Shown piece by piece: positions 48,121 through 59,094 of a stretch of 64,000 nucleotides of DNA. This DNA is from an uncultured Chloroflexia bacterium. Its GTDB lineage: Bacteria; Chloroflexota; Limnocylindria; Limnocylindrales; CSP1-4. Location of the stretch: contig CAVYIM010000007.1 of the NCBI GenBank assembly GCA_963768655.1, positions 64,001 to 128,000 of the forward strand. The letters are read 5' to 3'. The notes beneath the pieces are model-generated. The model was not told where the DNA came from. It saw only the letters and a program-made list of their open reading frames with translations, and did no database searches. Each line of letters opens with the position of its first letter. Position 1 is the stretch's first letter. Both the position numbers and the translations under genes were made by a program.

Positions 48121-51100
48121 GGTGGTAACCTGCCGGCCTGGGTTGCCAACCCGACGCCCCCGCGCGAACCCCCTGTCACGGGAGACTGACACATGCGACA
48201 ACTCGCTGCGGCAGTTCTCGAGGTCCCGCTTGCGGCCTTGGGCTATCTGTCCCGCTACGTCAGCCGCCGCTCCCTCTTCACCCAGCTGGCGATCGCCGGC
48301 GTAGCCGTCGCCCTCGTGGTGAGCGGTCTCCTGGTCGGCCTGCCGACCAGGACCACCGAGGCCAAGGAGCCCACGCCCTACGACCCGGCCTCGCCCACCG
48401 TGTCTCTCGCCAGCGTGGCCGAGGTAGGTGTCGAAGCGCCCTACGTCCTGGCGTTCACCGAGCCGATGAACCAGGGCAGCGTCGCCGACTCGCTGACCAT
48501 CACGCCGGCCGCCCCGGTGCGCCTGGCCTGGGATGCCGCGGGCGAGACGCTCTCGATCGCCCCGGCCACCTACTGGGCGCCCTTCACGAGCTACGTCATC
48601 AGCGTCGCGGGCTCGGCCATGGATGAGTCGGGCATGCAGCTGGGCTCGCCCGTGACCGCCGGGTTCACCACCGGCGCCCTGACCTCGGGCCAGATCACCG
48701 CGACCGCCGTGAGCGGTGCCAACGTAGCGCCCACTTCGAACTTCCAGATCACCTTCTCCAGTCCGGTCAAGCTCGCCACCGTCCAGGCTCGCCTCTCCAT
48801 CAGCCCGGTCGTGACCGGCACGATCAGCGGCGACGATCCCACCGACGTCAGCTCCCAGGTCTTCACCTTCACGCCCGACGACATCCTGGCGGGCGGCACC
48901 ACCTATACCGTCAGCTTCGATAGCTCCAACGCCACCGACTCCGCCGGCGTGGCCCTCCTGCCGGTGGATCCGCTCACGGTCCAGACCCTGGCCGCACCGG
49001 AAGTCATCAAGTTCCGGCCGGTGAACGGCAGCTCGACGGCCGATCCCAACCAGGTCCTCTCCGTGCGCTTCTCCGTGCCGATGAACCGGGCCTCGACCGC
49101 CGCCGCCTTCTCGGTCCTGGACAACGGCAAGCGAGTTCGCGGGGCCATCAGCTGGGCCGAGAACAACACCGTCCTCGTCCTCGATCCGAACGTCAAGCTG
49201 ACGCTCAATTCGACCGTCACCATGCACGTCGCCACGACGGCTCGCTCGGCTACCGGACAGCGACTGGCCGCGGCGGCCAGCGCCAGCTTCAAGGTCGTGC
49301 GGCCGACGGTCCACAAGATCACCCCGGTCAAGGTCAAGAGCCCGCCTGCCCTGACGACCGCACCCTGGCATGCCGCCGAACTCTACATGCTGGCCCTGAT
49401 GAACTGCACTCGGACCGGCGGCTGGGTCACCGCCAGCGGCTCCTGCAGCTCCGTCTCGCACAATGTCCTCCCGGCCCAGGATCCGCTCGGGTTCGACGAA
49501 GGCATCGCCAGCAGGGTGTCGCGGCCGTACGCGAGGTACCTGGCCGACCGGAACGCGCTTTCCCACTATCTGCTTGGTAGCCCCCACTCGCGACTGGCCG
49601 CTGCAGGTTATGGCAGCGGCACCTGGGGCGAGAACATCGCCTCGCCCTCGAATCCAAGACAGTCGGGCATGATCGCTGTCGAGCTCTTCTTCCAGAACGA
49701 GTACCGCTGTCAGCACAGCCGGTGTGAATTCACCCACTACGCCAACGTCATGAATGGGAGCTTCAACAGGGTCGGCATCGGCGTCTGGGTGACCAAGGGA
49801 CACACCCGCGTCGTGATCGACTTCTACGGCTGATCGGCAGCGGCCGGTCCGGCGGTGCCTTCTGGTCGCGCTGCGGCGCCCTGCCAGGGGCAGCGAGACG
49901 TCCGCGCGGGCAGAGACTACGCCGCCACCGGACGCGTCGCGATACCGCAGCCTGCCCGGGACAGCGAGGCCGACCGGGTCCGGCGCCACCCCGCCCCCAC
50001 GTGGCCAGGATCTTGCCGAACCCGCCGATTTGCCGACTTTTCGGACATGGTGGTAACCTGCCGGCCTGGGTTGCCAACCCGACGCCCCCGCGCGAACCCC
50101 CTGTCACGGGAGACTGACACATGCGACAACTCGCTGCGGCAGTTCTCGAGGTCCCGCTTGCGGCCTTGGGCTATCTGTCCCGCTACGTCAGCCGCCGCTC
50201 CCTCTTCACCCAGCTGGCGATCGCCGGCGTAGCCGTCGCCCTCGTGGTGAGCGGTCTCCTGGTCGGCCTGCCGACCAGGACCACCGAGGCCAAGGAGCCC
50301 ACGCCCTACGACCCGGCCTCGCCCACCGTGTCTCTCGCCAGCGTGGCCGAGGTAGGTGTCGAAGCGCCCTACGTCCTGGCGTTCACCGAGCCGATGAACC
50401 AGGGCAGCGTCGCCGACTCGCTGACCATCACGCCGGCCGCCCCGGTGCGCCTGGCCTGGGATGCCGCGGGCGAGACGCTCTCGATCGCCCCGGCCACCTA
50501 CTGGGCGCCCTTCACGAGCTACGTCATCAGCGTCGCGGGCTCGGCCATGGATGAGTCGGGCATGCAGCTGGGCTCGCCCGTGACCGCCGGGTTCACCACC
50601 GGCGCCCTGACCTCGGGCCAGATCACCGCGACCGCCGTGAGCGGTGCCAACGTAGCGCCCACTTCGAACTTCCAGATCACCTTCTCCAGTCCGGTCAAGC
50701 TCGCCACCGTCCAGGCTCGCCTCTCCATCAGCCCGGTCGTGACCGGCACGATCAGCGGCGACGATCCCACCGACGTCAGCTCCCAGGTCTTCACCTTCAC
50801 GCCCGACGACATCCTGGCGGGCGGCACCACCTATACCGTCAGCTTCGATAGCTCCAACGCCACCGACTCCGCCGGCGTGGCCCTCCTGCCGGTGGATCCG
50901 CTCACGGTCCAGACCCTGGCCGCACCGGAAGTCATCAAGTTCCGGCCGGTGAACGGCAGCTCGACGGCCGATCCCAACCAGGTCCTCTCCGTGCGCTTCT
51001 CCGTGCCGATGAACCGGGCCTCGACCGCCGCCGCCTTCTCGGTCCTGGACAACGGCAAGCGAGTTCGCGGGGCCATCAGCTGGGCCGAGAACAACACCGT

Positions 51101-51238
51101 CCTCGTCCTCGATCCGAACGTCAAGCTGACGCTCAATTCGACCGTCACCATGCACGTCGCCACGACGGCTCGCTCGGCTACCGGACAGCGACTGGCCGCG
51201 GCGGCCAGCGCCAGCTTCAAGGTCGTGCGGCCGACGGT
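48121..51238 (+). repeat. 1190-bp direct repeat (48121-49310 and 50049-51238)
   Basis: Offset 1928 bp; covers the upstream region and the first ~372 codons, whose translations are identical; not checked base by base. Confidence 0.9.
48193..49833 (+). CDS. Membrane-anchored Ig-like (Big_5-type) x3 plus CAP/SCP domain protein, copy 1
   Basis: FTEPMN, FSSPV, FSVPMN Ig repeats; CAP motifs GENIA, HYANVM, VGIGVW. Confidence 0.88.
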   Translation: MRQLAAAVLEVPLAALGYLSRYVSRRSLFTQLAIAGVAVALVVSGLLVGLPTRTTEAKEPTPYDPASPTVSLASVAEVGVEAPYVLAFTEPMNQGSVADSLTITPAAPVRLAWDAAGETLSIAPATYWAPFTSYVISVAGSAMDESGMQLGSPVTAGFTTGALTSGQITATAVSGANVAPTSNFQITFSSPVKLATVQARLSISPVVTGTISGDDPTDVSSQVFTFTPDDILAGGTTYTVSFDSSNATDSAGVALLPVDPLTVQTLAAPEVIKFRPVNGSSTADPNQVLSVRFSVPMNRASTAAAFSVLDNGKRVRGAISWAENNTVLVLDPNVKLTLNSTVTMHVATTARSATGQRLAAAASASFKVVRPTVHKITPVKVKSPPALTTAPWHAAELYMLALMNCTRTGGWVTASGSCSSVSHNVLPAQDPLGFDEGIASRVSRPYARYLADRNALSHYLLGSPHSRLAAAGYGSGTWGENIASPSNPRQSGMIAVELFFQNEYRCQHSRCEFTHYANVMNGSFNRVGIGVWVTKGHTRVVIDFYG

Positions 51239-51755
51239 TTACCGGATCAGCTGGTCGGGTGGAGTCGCCTCGAAGACCGCGCCATGGCATCCGATGGAGC
51301 TCTATTACCTGAAGCTGATGAACTGCACTCGGACGGGCGGCTGGGTCACCGCCAGCGGCTCCTGCAGCTCCGTCACGCACCACGTGATGCCGGCCCAGGA
51401 TCCGCTCTCGTACAACGCCGGAATCTCCAACGCGGTCTCGCGACCTTACTCGAAAGCCCTTGCGGACCGCGGCTTACTGACCCACTACCTCAACGGCACG
51501 ACGGTTCACTCGCGGCTGACCGCTGCGGGCTTCCCCAGCGGCTCGTGGGGCGAGAACCTGTCGTCGCCGATCTCATCCGGGGCCGCCGGGATGATTCACA
51601 CCGAGCTCTACTTCCAGAGTGAATACCGCTGCCAGCGCGGCCAGTGTGAGTTTGCGCACTACTACAACATCATGGACCCGTACTTCCACAGTGCCGGTAT
51701 CGGCATATGGGTCTCCCATGGTCACGTCAGGCTGACGATCGACTTCTACGGCTGA
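50121..51755 (+). CDS. Ig-like x3 plus CAP/SCP domain protein, copy 2
   Basis: Identical N-terminal part; divergent CAP domain (GENLS, HYYNIM). Confidence 0.88.
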   Translation: MRQLAAAVLEVPLAALGYLSRYVSRRSLFTQLAIAGVAVALVVSGLLVGLPTRTTEAKEPTPYDPASPTVSLASVAEVGVEAPYVLAFTEPMNQGSVADSLTITPAAPVRLAWDAAGETLSIAPATYWAPFTSYVISVAGSAMDESGMQLGSPVTAGFTTGALTSGQITATAVSGANVAPTSNFQITFSSPVKLATVQARLSISPVVTGTISGDDPTDVSSQVFTFTPDDILAGGTTYTVSFDSSNATDSAGVALLPVDPLTVQTLAAPEVIKFRPVNGSSTADPNQVLSVRFSVPMNRASTAAAFSVLDNGKRVRGAISWAENNTVLVLDPNVKLTLNSTVTMHVATTARSATGQRLAAAASASFKVVRPTVYRISWSGGVASKTAPWHPMELYYLKLMNCTRTGGWVTASGSCSSVTHHVMPAQDPLSYNAGISNAVSRPYSKALADRGLLTHYLNGTTVHSRLTAAGFPSGSWGENLSSPISSGAAGMIHTELYFQSEYRCQRGQCEFAHYYNIMDPYFHSAGIGIWVSHGHVRLTIDFYG

Positions 51756-51911
51756 CGGCCGTCCGGCCGGGGAGGGCCCCGTCCGGCGGCGGCGCCACCG
51801 CCGCGGTACCGGCGGCTGAGCAGGCGCAGTACGTCAGGTCCGTGGACGGCGGGGCTCGCAACGCCGATAACTCCCGTGAGTGCCGCTCGCCGGGCGGCCA
51901 GTGGGTGACGC

Positions 51912-52385
51912 ATGCTCCGCGACGTCGTGGTCCACCTTCATAACGAACAGCCGATTCTGGCCGACCTCGTGGCGGAGCCGACCGCGACCGATACGTGCCT
52001 GATATGCACGAACCTGCGAACCACCAACGGCCAGACGCCGGTATTCGTCGAGCGCGGCGACTCGACGTTCGTCTTTCCGCTGGCCCACATCAAATTCGTG
52101 GAGATCCGCGCGGCGTCGGCCGTGGAGGGCGAAGCCGCGGCACCGCCACAGGTCGCCGCCGAGCAGCCCAGAGCGGGCAGGGGCGGCAGGAGCGGCAAGA
52201 GTGGCAAGCCCGCTGTGCCCGGGGATGAGGCTGCCGACTATGCGGCGTCGCCGCTGCAGCGACTGGCGTGGGTCAGCGGCGATGCGGGCGCCCCTCCTGC
52301 GGAGCCGGCATCGGAGGTGACCGAGGGGTCTGAAATGGCCGAGGTGGACGAAGGAGAGCTCCTGCGGCGCGTCCGCGAGGTCTGA
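51912..52385 (+). CDS. Hypothetical protein
   Basis: Ordered N-terminal ~65 aa, low-complexity linker, C-terminal ELLRRVREV. Confidence 0.75.
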   Translation: MLRDVVVHLHNEQPILADLVAEPTATDTCLICTNLRTTNGQTPVFVERGDSTFVFPLAHIKFVEIRAASAVEGEAAAPPQVAAEQPRAGRGGRSGKSGKPAVPGDEAADYAASPLQRLAWVSGDAGAPPAEPASEVTEGSEMAEVDEGELLRRVREV

Positions 52386-52468
52386 GGTTGCCTTCTCGAC
52401 TCTCGCGATTCGCGCCCGCACCGAGCAGCGGAACGGCCGGGTAATTGCCTGATGCTAGACTCCCGCCG

Positions 52469-54943
52469 ATGAGCGGCAACCTTGTGATCGTCGAATCGCC
52501 CGCCAAGGCGAAGACGATAGAACGCTATCTGGGCCCGGGCTACACGGTTCTGGCGTCGTACGGACACGTCCGGGACCTGCCGGAAAACCCCGGCAAGAAC
52601 CAGCTCGGCGTCGACGTCGAGCACGACTTCGCGCCCGTGTACGAGGTCGTGGCGGACCGCAGGAAGCAACTGGCGGCGATCCAGAAGGAGGCCTTGCGCG
52701 CCGACCTGATCTACCTCGCCACCGACCTCGACCGCGAAGGCGAGGCCATCGCCTGGCACGTATCCGAGGCGGCCGGGCTGGCTCCGGAGAGGACCCGCCG
52801 AGTGACTTTCTCCGAGATCACCGAGGCGGCCATCAAGAAGGCTTTCGCGGAACCGCGCTCCATCGACATAAACCTGGTGGACGCGCAGCAGGCGCGCCGA
52901 GTGGTCGACCGCCTGGTCGGCTACACGCTGAGCCCGCTGCTGTGGCGAAAGGTCAGGGCAGGGCTTTCGGCCGGCCGCGTCCAGTCAGTCGCGGTTCGGC
53001 TGGTCGTGGATCGCGAGCGCGAGATCCGCGCCTTCCTGGCCCGCGAGTACTGGACCCTCAAGGTGACTCTCCTCGCGCCCGATGGATCGCCGTTCGAGGC
53101 GGATCTGGCCCGCATCGGCGGCAAGAAGCCCGACATCGGCGACGGCGAGACGGCGGAGCGCCATGCCGCGGCGATCCGGTCCAGCCACCCGATCGTGACC
53201 GAGGTTTCGGTCAAGCAGGCCAACCGCAACCCGGCGCCGCCGTTCACCACCTCGAGCCTGCAGCAGGAGGCGAGCCGCAAGCTCGGCTTCTCGCCCAAGC
53301 GGACGATGAGTGCCGCCCAGCGCCTGTACGAAGGCGTTGCTACTGACGAGGGCCAGGTCGGCCTCATCACCTACATGCGAACCGATTCGGTAGCGCTCTC
53401 AAGCCAGGCTATGGCCGAGGCGGCGCGCGTCGTCGAGTCCCGCTTTGGCGAGCCTTACACCACGCCCAGGGGCCGCGCCTTCAAGACCAGGACGCGCAAT
53501 GCCCAGGAAGCCCACGAGGCGATCCGGCCGACTTCCTTCTGGCGTGACCCGGAGGCCGCGGCCAGGTTCCTCAAGAGCGACGAAGCACGCCTGTACAGGC
53601 TGATCTGGCAACGCGCGCTGGCCAGTCAGATGGCCGCCAAGGAGCAGGAGACGACGACCGCCGAACTCGCGGCCGACGAGTATGACCTCCGAGCGACTGC
53701 CACTAGGACCACCTTCGACGGCTTCTCACGCGTATACACCGAGGGCCAGGACGATTCCGAGGAAGAGAAGGAGTGCAGTCTGCCGCCGCTGCGCGAGCGG
53801 GACGTGACGACCGTCCGGGGAGTGGACAGCCAGCAGCACTTCACCGAGCCGCCGCCACGCTACACGGAGGCAACACTCATCAAGGCCCTGGAGGACCACG
53901 GCATCGGCCGACCGTCCACTTACGCGGCCACGATCTCGACGATCGTGGATCGCGGCTACGTCAAGGTGAAGGAGCGCCGGCTCCATCCCGAGCCGGTGGG
54001 CGAGATAGTGACGGACCTGCTCGTCTGCCACTTCGGCGAGTTCGTGGACCTCGAGTTCACGGCTCGCATGGAGGAGGAGCTCGACGACGTCGCCAGCGGC
54101 AAACGAGCCTGGGTTCCGGTGGTGCGGGAGTTCTATTCGCCATTCCGGACCCGCATCGAGGAGAAGACCAAGGAGTTGCGGCGGGCGGATTTCACGACGC
54201 GGCCGTCCGAAGAGGTGTGCTCGCAGGGCCACCCGATGGTGATCAGGCTCGGCCGATACGGCGAGTTCCTGGCCTGTTCGATGTACCCGGAACACAAGGA
54301 GACCCGCGAGCTCCCCGGGGCCGACGGTCGAGCGCCGGGCACGCCGGCTGTCGGGTCCGACGGGGCGCCGGCCGAACCGGCGCCGGTCGAAGCCTGCCCC
54401 AAGTGCGGGGAGGCCGAAGGCGGCGTGCTCGTGCAGCGTCGCGGCCGTTTCGGGCCGTTCATGGGCTGCTCGCGGTACCCCGACTGCGACTACATCAAGA
54501 AGGATGGTCCGCCGCCACCTGATCCTCTGGGCTTCGACGTGACGTGCCCAACCTGCCATCAGGGGAAGCTCGCGACGAGGCGGGCGCGCCGCACGGGCTC
54601 GCTCTTCTGGGGCTGCTCGCGCTACCCGAAGTGCGACTACACGACCTCGCACGAGCCTCTCGGCGCCGTCCACGACGCCGATGGTGGACCGGTGGCCAGG
54701 GCCGGCGACGGGGCCCTGTGTCTCGTGTGCGGCGCGGCCGTGGAGCTGCCACCCGGCAAGGATCTCGCGGGCAAGCGGCTGCCGGGCGGCGAGCCGAATC
54801 CCGCGGCGCTGGCCCGGCCGAACTCCAACGGCGCGCCCCGACGATCCCGGGCCAGATCCGCGAGGAGTGGCGGGGCGTCCCGTGCCTCTTCCACGCGCAG
54901 AACCGCGGGGAAACGCGCCTCCGGCGCCCGCGACGACGGATGA
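52469..54943 (+). CDS. topA: DNA topoisomerase I
   Basis: [37 protein letters not shown]-terminal Zn ribbons. Confidence 0.98.
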   Translation: MSGNLVIVESPAKAKTIERYLGPGYTVLASYGHVRDLPENPGKNQLGVDVEHDFAPVYEVVADRRKQLAAIQKEALRADLIYLATDLDREGEAIAWHVSEAAGLAPERTRRVTFSEITEAAIKKAFAEPRSIDINLVDAQQARRVVDRLVGYTLSPLLWRKVRAGLSAGRVQSVAVRLVVDREREIRAFLAREYWTLKVTLLAPDGSPFEADLARIGGKKPDIGDGETAERHAAAIRSSHPIVTEVSVKQANRNPAPPFTTSSLQQEASRKLGFSPKRTMSAAQRLYEGVATDEGQVGLITYMRTDSVALSSQAMAEAARVVESRFGEPYTTPRGRAFKTRTRNAQEAHEAIRPTSFWRDPEAAARFLKSDEARLYRLIWQRALASQMAAKEQETTTAELAADEYDLRATATRTTFDGFSRVYTEGQDDSEEEKECSLPPLRERDVTTVRGVDSQQHFTEPPPRYTEATLIKALEDHGIGRPSTYAATISTIVDRGYVKVKERRLHPEPVGEIVTDLLVCHFGEFVDLEFTARMEEELDDVASGKRAWVPVVREFYSPFRTRIEEKTKELRRADFTTRPSEEVCSQGHPMVIRLGRYGEFLACSMYPEHKETRELPGADGRAPGTPAVGSDGAPAEPAPVEACPKCGEAEGGVLVQRRGRFGPFMGCSRYPDCDYIKKDGPPPPDPLGFDVTCPTCHQGKLATRRARRTGSLFWGCSRYPKCDYTTSHEPLGAVHDADGGPVARAGDGALCLVCGAAVELPPGKDLAGKRLPGGEPNPAALARPNSNGAPRRSRARSARSGGASRASSTRRTAGKRASGARDDG

Positions 54944-56046
54944 CCTCGGGCGCGGGTCCGGGCGCTGACGGGGCCGCGGCGGCGGTCGAGAGGTTCCTGC
55001 AGGCGCTCCGGGCACGGGGTTCATCGGTGCACACCATCCGCTCCTACCGGACGGCTCTGGAAGGCTACACGAGCTGGCTGTCGACCAACGGCTTCGACTG
55101 GCGGTCCCCATCCCGAGCCGCTCTGCGGGCCTTCCTGGGGTCGCTGTCGGAAGGGCACGGCCGGCGCACCGTGGCACAGCGGTTGGCCGCGTTGCGGTCG
55201 TTCTATCGCTTTGCGACGCGCGAGGAGCTGGTCGCCGGGAACCCGCTGGCGGCCCTGCCGACGCCACGGCAACCGCGCCGGCTGCCGGCCGTTCTCTCGA
55301 TTGCCGATACCGAGCGGCTGATCGAAACAGCGAGCGAGGAAGGGGACTGGGCGCCTGCCGGAACGGCGCGCGCGGTGCTGGAGCGCGCCCTGGCATTACG
55401 GGACGTGGCGATCGTGGAGACGGCCTATGCAGCCGGCCTGCGGATCGGGGAGCTGGCCGCGCTCAGCATAGGTTCGGTGGACCTGCGCCGCGGCGAGGTG
55501 CGCGTGACCGGCAAGGGCCGAAAAGAGCGCATCTCGCTGTTAGGGCGCCCCGCGCGGGCGGCGCTGGCGGCCTACATCGACGCCGGGCGGCCGGCGCTCG
55601 CCAGACGGGCGGCGCCGGCGGTAGACGGCACGCCCCGGGGCGCGGCCACCAGAGCCGGCCGTGTGGCCAGCAGCGCTGGCGGCGCCCGTGAAGCGGCAGG
55701 GCCGGACACCGGCGTCCTCTTCCTGAACCACCGAGGTGCGGCGTTGGGCGCGCGCGGCATGCGCTGGCGGCTGGACCGGCTGCGCGTCGCTGCCGGCTTG
55801 CCGGAGGGGGTCTCGCCCCACACGCTCCGCCACAGCTTCGCCACGCACCTGCTCGACGGCGGCGCGGATCTGCGAGTGGTCCAGGAGCTGCTCGGCCATG
55901 AGAGTCTGGCGACCACGCAGATCTACACGCATGTTTCGCCGGCGCGCTTGCGGGCCGCGTACACTGCCTCCCATCCGCGGGCGCGGCTGCAGGACGCGAA
56001 CGGAGCAGCCGACGCCGGCCCTTCGTCGGATGGCACCGCGGAGTAG
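54940..56046 (+). CDS. xerC: Chromosomal tyrosine recombinase XerC
   Basis: [31 protein letters not shown]...TQIYTH; ATGA overlap with topA. Confidence 0.88.
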   Translation: MTSGAGPGADGAAAAVERFLQALRARGSSVHTIRSYRTALEGYTSWLSTNGFDWRSPSRAALRAFLGSLSEGHGRRTVAQRLAALRSFYRFATREELVAGNPLAALPTPRQPRRLPAVLSIADTERLIETASEEGDWAPAGTARAVLERALALRDVAIVETAYAAGLRIGELAALSIGSVDLRRGEVRVTGKGRKERISLLGRPARAALAAYIDAGRPALARRAAPAVDGTPRGAATRAGRVASSAGGAREAAGPDTGVLFLNHRGAALGARGMRWRLDRLRVAAGLPEGVSPHTLRHSFATHLLDGGADLRVVQELLGHESLATTQIYTHVSPARLRAAYTASHPRARLQDANGAADAGPSSDGTAE

Positions 56047-56125
56047 CGGCTGGGTTGCCCTGGCCGGGCCGCCGGCTCGTCAAAGTGGCAACCCATCCGC
56101 CGCGCGACATACGGAGGCAAGCTGG

Positions 56126-57385
56126 ATGCCCGGGCGAGTCCCTGGAAACGCAACCGACGCCGAGATCGACACGCCGGGACACGCTTCCGTCGTCGACCTC
56201 GCGCCGGATGCGCGCGCCTGGGACGCGTTCGTCTCGCGCTCGAACCCCGGCTCGTACCTGCAGACCTCGGCCTGGGCCGAGGTGAAGGCGCCGAACGGCT
56301 GGAAGCCGCTGCGCTTCATGGGCTCGAGCGTGGTGAGCCGTCCGGATGCCTGCCAGCCGCCGGCCGACCCTGACGCACCCGAGCATGAAGACGCGACCGC
56401 TGACGAGCAGCCGCGGCGCGAGACGGCGTTCGGCGTGCAGATGCTCCTTCGCCGGCCGCGGCTCTTTCCATGGGCCTTCGCCTACGCCCCTCGCGGGCCC
56501 GTTCTCGAGGCCTGGGATCCGGCGACGCTCGGAGCGTTCACCACGGGCCTGCGACGGGCTCTCGTTGCCGCTCCGCAGCGAGTCTCGCACGTTCGCATCG
56601 AGCCGGAGATCGAGCTCAACGGGCCATGGGACGTGGACGGCGAGCTGCGCCACGCGCTGCGCCACTCCGGCTGGCGTCCCGGCACGCCGGTCCAGCCGCC
56701 CCGGACGCGCCAGATAGACCTGCGGTCGGACGAGGCGGCGCTGTGGGGCGACCTGCGCAAGAAGTGGCGCCAGTACGTCAACAAGGCGCGCAAGAACGAG
56801 ATCCGGGTCGTCGACGCCGCGGTCGATCGCCTGCCGGAGTTCTACTCGATCTACCAGGAAACGGCCAGGCGGGCCGGCTTCATCATCCGAACTTACGACT
56901 CGTATCTGACGGTCTGGCAGGCCTTCGCCAGGCTCGGCATGGCCCGCCTGCTGATGGCCGAAACCAGCGAAGGGCAAGGGCTGGCGACGCTCTTTCTGCT
57001 GCGCGTAGGCGATCGTGTCATCGAGCCGTACGGCGGGATGACAGCGCAAGGTGCCGAGAGCCGCGCGAACTACCTGCTCAAGTGGGAGGCGATCCGGACG
57101 TCGCGGGAGCGGGGTGCCGCTATCTATGACATGTGGGGCCTCTCGCACGAGGGGATCGAGCAGTTCAAGAGCGGTTTTGGCGGTCGGGAGATCCGCTACG
57201 TAGGAGCCTGGGACCTTGTCTTGGACCCCGCCGGAAGACTGGCCTTCGACAGCGCGCAGGTCTGGCAGGACCGCATCGGACGGCTCCGCCACGGCATCCG
57301 CCGCGTTCGAGGCGGCCGCAGGGAAGCGGCCGGCCTGGGAGGCGCCGACGAGGCCGGCGGCGCGGGCGCGGAGGGTGGGGCGTGA
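56126..57385 (+). CDS. FemAB/FemX-family peptidoglycan bridge aminoacyltransferase
   Basis: YLQT..WAEVK, YAPRGP, ANYLLKW, YDMWG, FKSGFGG; SD GGAGG. Confidence 0.92.
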   Translation: MPGRVPGNATDAEIDTPGHASVVDLAPDARAWDAFVSRSNPGSYLQTSAWAEVKAPNGWKPLRFMGSSVVSRPDACQPPADPDAPEHEDATADEQPRRETAFGVQMLLRRPRLFPWAFAYAPRGPVLEAWDPATLGAFTTGLRRALVAAPQRVSHVRIEPEIELNGPWDVDGELRHALRHSGWRPGTPVQPPRTRQIDLRSDEAALWGDLRKKWRQYVNKARKNEIRVVDAAVDRLPEFYSIYQETARRAGFIIRTYDSYLTVWQAFARLGMARLLMAETSEGQGLATLFLLRVGDRVIEPYGGMTAQGAESRANYLLKWEAIRTSRERGAAIYDMWGLSHEGIEQFKSGFGGREIRYVGAWDLVLDPAGRLAFDSAQVWQDRIGRLRHGIRRVRGGRREAAGLGGADEAGGAGAEGGA

Positions 57386-59058
57386 CGTCCGGCGCGGCCG
57401 CGGAGCGGACCCTGGCGGAGATGATCGAAGCGGCCGAGCCGAAGGCGGCTCGCCGGCTGGGCGAGCTGATAGAACGACTCGAGGGCGAGGGCAGGCTGCG
57501 AACCGTTCGCGCCGCTGAAGTGCCGTCGAATGAGGCCCCGGCGGTCCCCGTTGCGTCCGGCTCGCTGCCGATTCTGGGCGTCACCTTCGATTCCAGGCGG
57601 GTCAGGGCCGGCTGCGTGTTCGTGGCGGTTCCAGGCGAGCACGTCGACGGGCACGACTACGTGGCTGCCGCCGTTGCCCTCGGGGCCGCGGCCGTGGTCG
57701 TGGAGCGGCCCGTCGAAGGTCTGCCGGCGCCGCAGATCGTGGTCGATCGCAGCCGGGCCGCCCTGGCCGTCGCCGCCGCGTGGTGGTACGGCGACCCCAG
57801 CCGCGAGATGGGCGTGGTCGGCATTACCGGCACGGATGGCAAGACGACGACCTCGTTCCTGGCGTTGGCTGTGCTGGAGGCGGCTGGGATTTCCACCGGC
57901 CTGCTGACCACCGCCGAGCTGAAAGTCGGCGAGCTTCGGACGGCGAATCCGGAGCACGTGACGACGCCGGAAGCGCCAGATCTCCAGCGCACGCTGAGGG
58001 CCATGGTCGATGCCGGGAATCGGGCCGCCGTCGTCGAAACCACGTCGCACGGGCTGGCCCTCGATCGTGTCGGCGGAGTCGCCTACGACGTCGCCATCTT
58101 CACCAACCTGACCCACGAGCACCTCGAGCTGCACGGCACCTTCGAGGCGTACCGTGAAGCGAAGCTGAGCCTCTTCCGGCGGCTGGGTGCGGAGCATCCG
58201 GCGCGCAAGCGCCTCGCGCTCCCGTGGCCGGCGACGGCGATCGTCAACCACGACGACCCCTCCGCATCTCTCTTCGAGGCGACTGCGGCCCCGAGCGGAG
58301 CCGCGCTGGTCACGTACGGCTTCTCGCCCGAGGCGGACGTCCGGGCCGTCGTCGTCGAAGAAGACGCCCGCCAGCTGAGAGTCAACGTCGAGACGCCGCG
58401 CTGGAGCGGCGAGGTCACCCTGGCGCTGGTGGGCCGCTTCAACGTCCACAACGCCCTGGCCGCGATCGCTCTCGGCGAGGCGTTCGAGCTGGAGCCGGCC
58501 GCGATTCGGAGCGGCCTGGCCGGCGTTCGGGGAGTTCCTGGACGCATGGAGAGAGTGGACTGTGGACAGCCGTTCGGCGTTCTGGTCGACTACGCCCATT
58601 CGCCCGCCTCGCTGCAAACGGTCCTGGATCAGCTTGCGCCGTTGACGTCCGGCGGTGGCGGGCTTATCGCCGTCTTCGGGTCGGCCGGGGAGCGCGACGT
58701 CCAGAAGCGGCCGATGATGGGCCGTATCGCGGGCGAGCGCTGTCGCCTCGTTGTCGTCACCGACGAGGATCCACGGGGCGAAGATCGAGAGGCGATTCTC
58801 GATGAGATCGCCGCGGGCGCGGAGGCCGCGGGCAAGCGTCGCGGCGACGACCTGCTCTGCATCGCGGACCGCCGCGACGCGATCGCCGCCGCCTTCGGGC
58901 GGGCCAGGCCGGGCGACGTCGTTCTGCTGGCCGGGAAGGGTCACGAGCAATCGATCATCATGAGCGACGGACCCCGAGCCTGGGATGAGCGAACCGAGGC
59001 GGTCGCGGCACTGAGGCTGATGGGGTTCCGCCGTCACGGGCGCGATGAAAGAGATTAG
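57382..59058 (+). CDS. murE: UDP-MurNAc-tripeptide synthetase
   Basis: FDSR, DGHDY, GITGTDGKTT, TTPE, ETTSH, DYAH, EDPR, AGKGHE. Confidence 0.95.
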   Translation: MTSGAAAERTLAEMIEAAEPKAARRLGELIERLEGEGRLRTVRAAEVPSNEAPAVPVASGSLPILGVTFDSRRVRAGCVFVAVPGEHVDGHDYVAAAVALGAAAVVVERPVEGLPAPQIVVDRSRAALAVAAAWWYGDPSREMGVVGITGTDGKTTTSFLALAVLEAAGISTGLLTTAELKVGELRTANPEHVTTPEAPDLQRTLRAMVDAGNRAAVVETTSHGLALDRVGGVAYDVAIFTNLTHEHLELHGTFEAYREAKLSLFRRLGAEHPARKRLALPWPATAIVNHDDPSASLFEATAAPSGAALVTYGFSPEADVRAVVVEEDARQLRVNVETPRWSGEVTLALVGRFNVHNALAAIALGEAFELEPAAIRSGLAGVRGVPGRMERVDCGQPFGVLVDYAHSPASLQTVLDQLAPLTSGGGGLIAVFGSAGERDVQKRPMMGRIAGERCRLVVVTDEDPRGEDREAILDEIAAGAEAAGKRRGDDLLCIADRRDAIAAAFGRARPGDVVLLAGKGHEQSIIMSDGPRAWDERTEAVAALRLMGFRRHGRDERD

Positions 59059-59094
59059 CGGGGGCCCCAAGGCACCCACGGAGGCCGCGAGCAG

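Noticed and set aside
48121-48192. c-di-AMP or other riboswitch in the duplicated leader
   Set aside because: No recognisable consensus; explained by a -10-like TAACCT and an SD.
48121-51755. Diversity-generating retroelement TR/VR pair
   Set aside because: No reverse transcriptase; differences are not adenine-specific and include indels.
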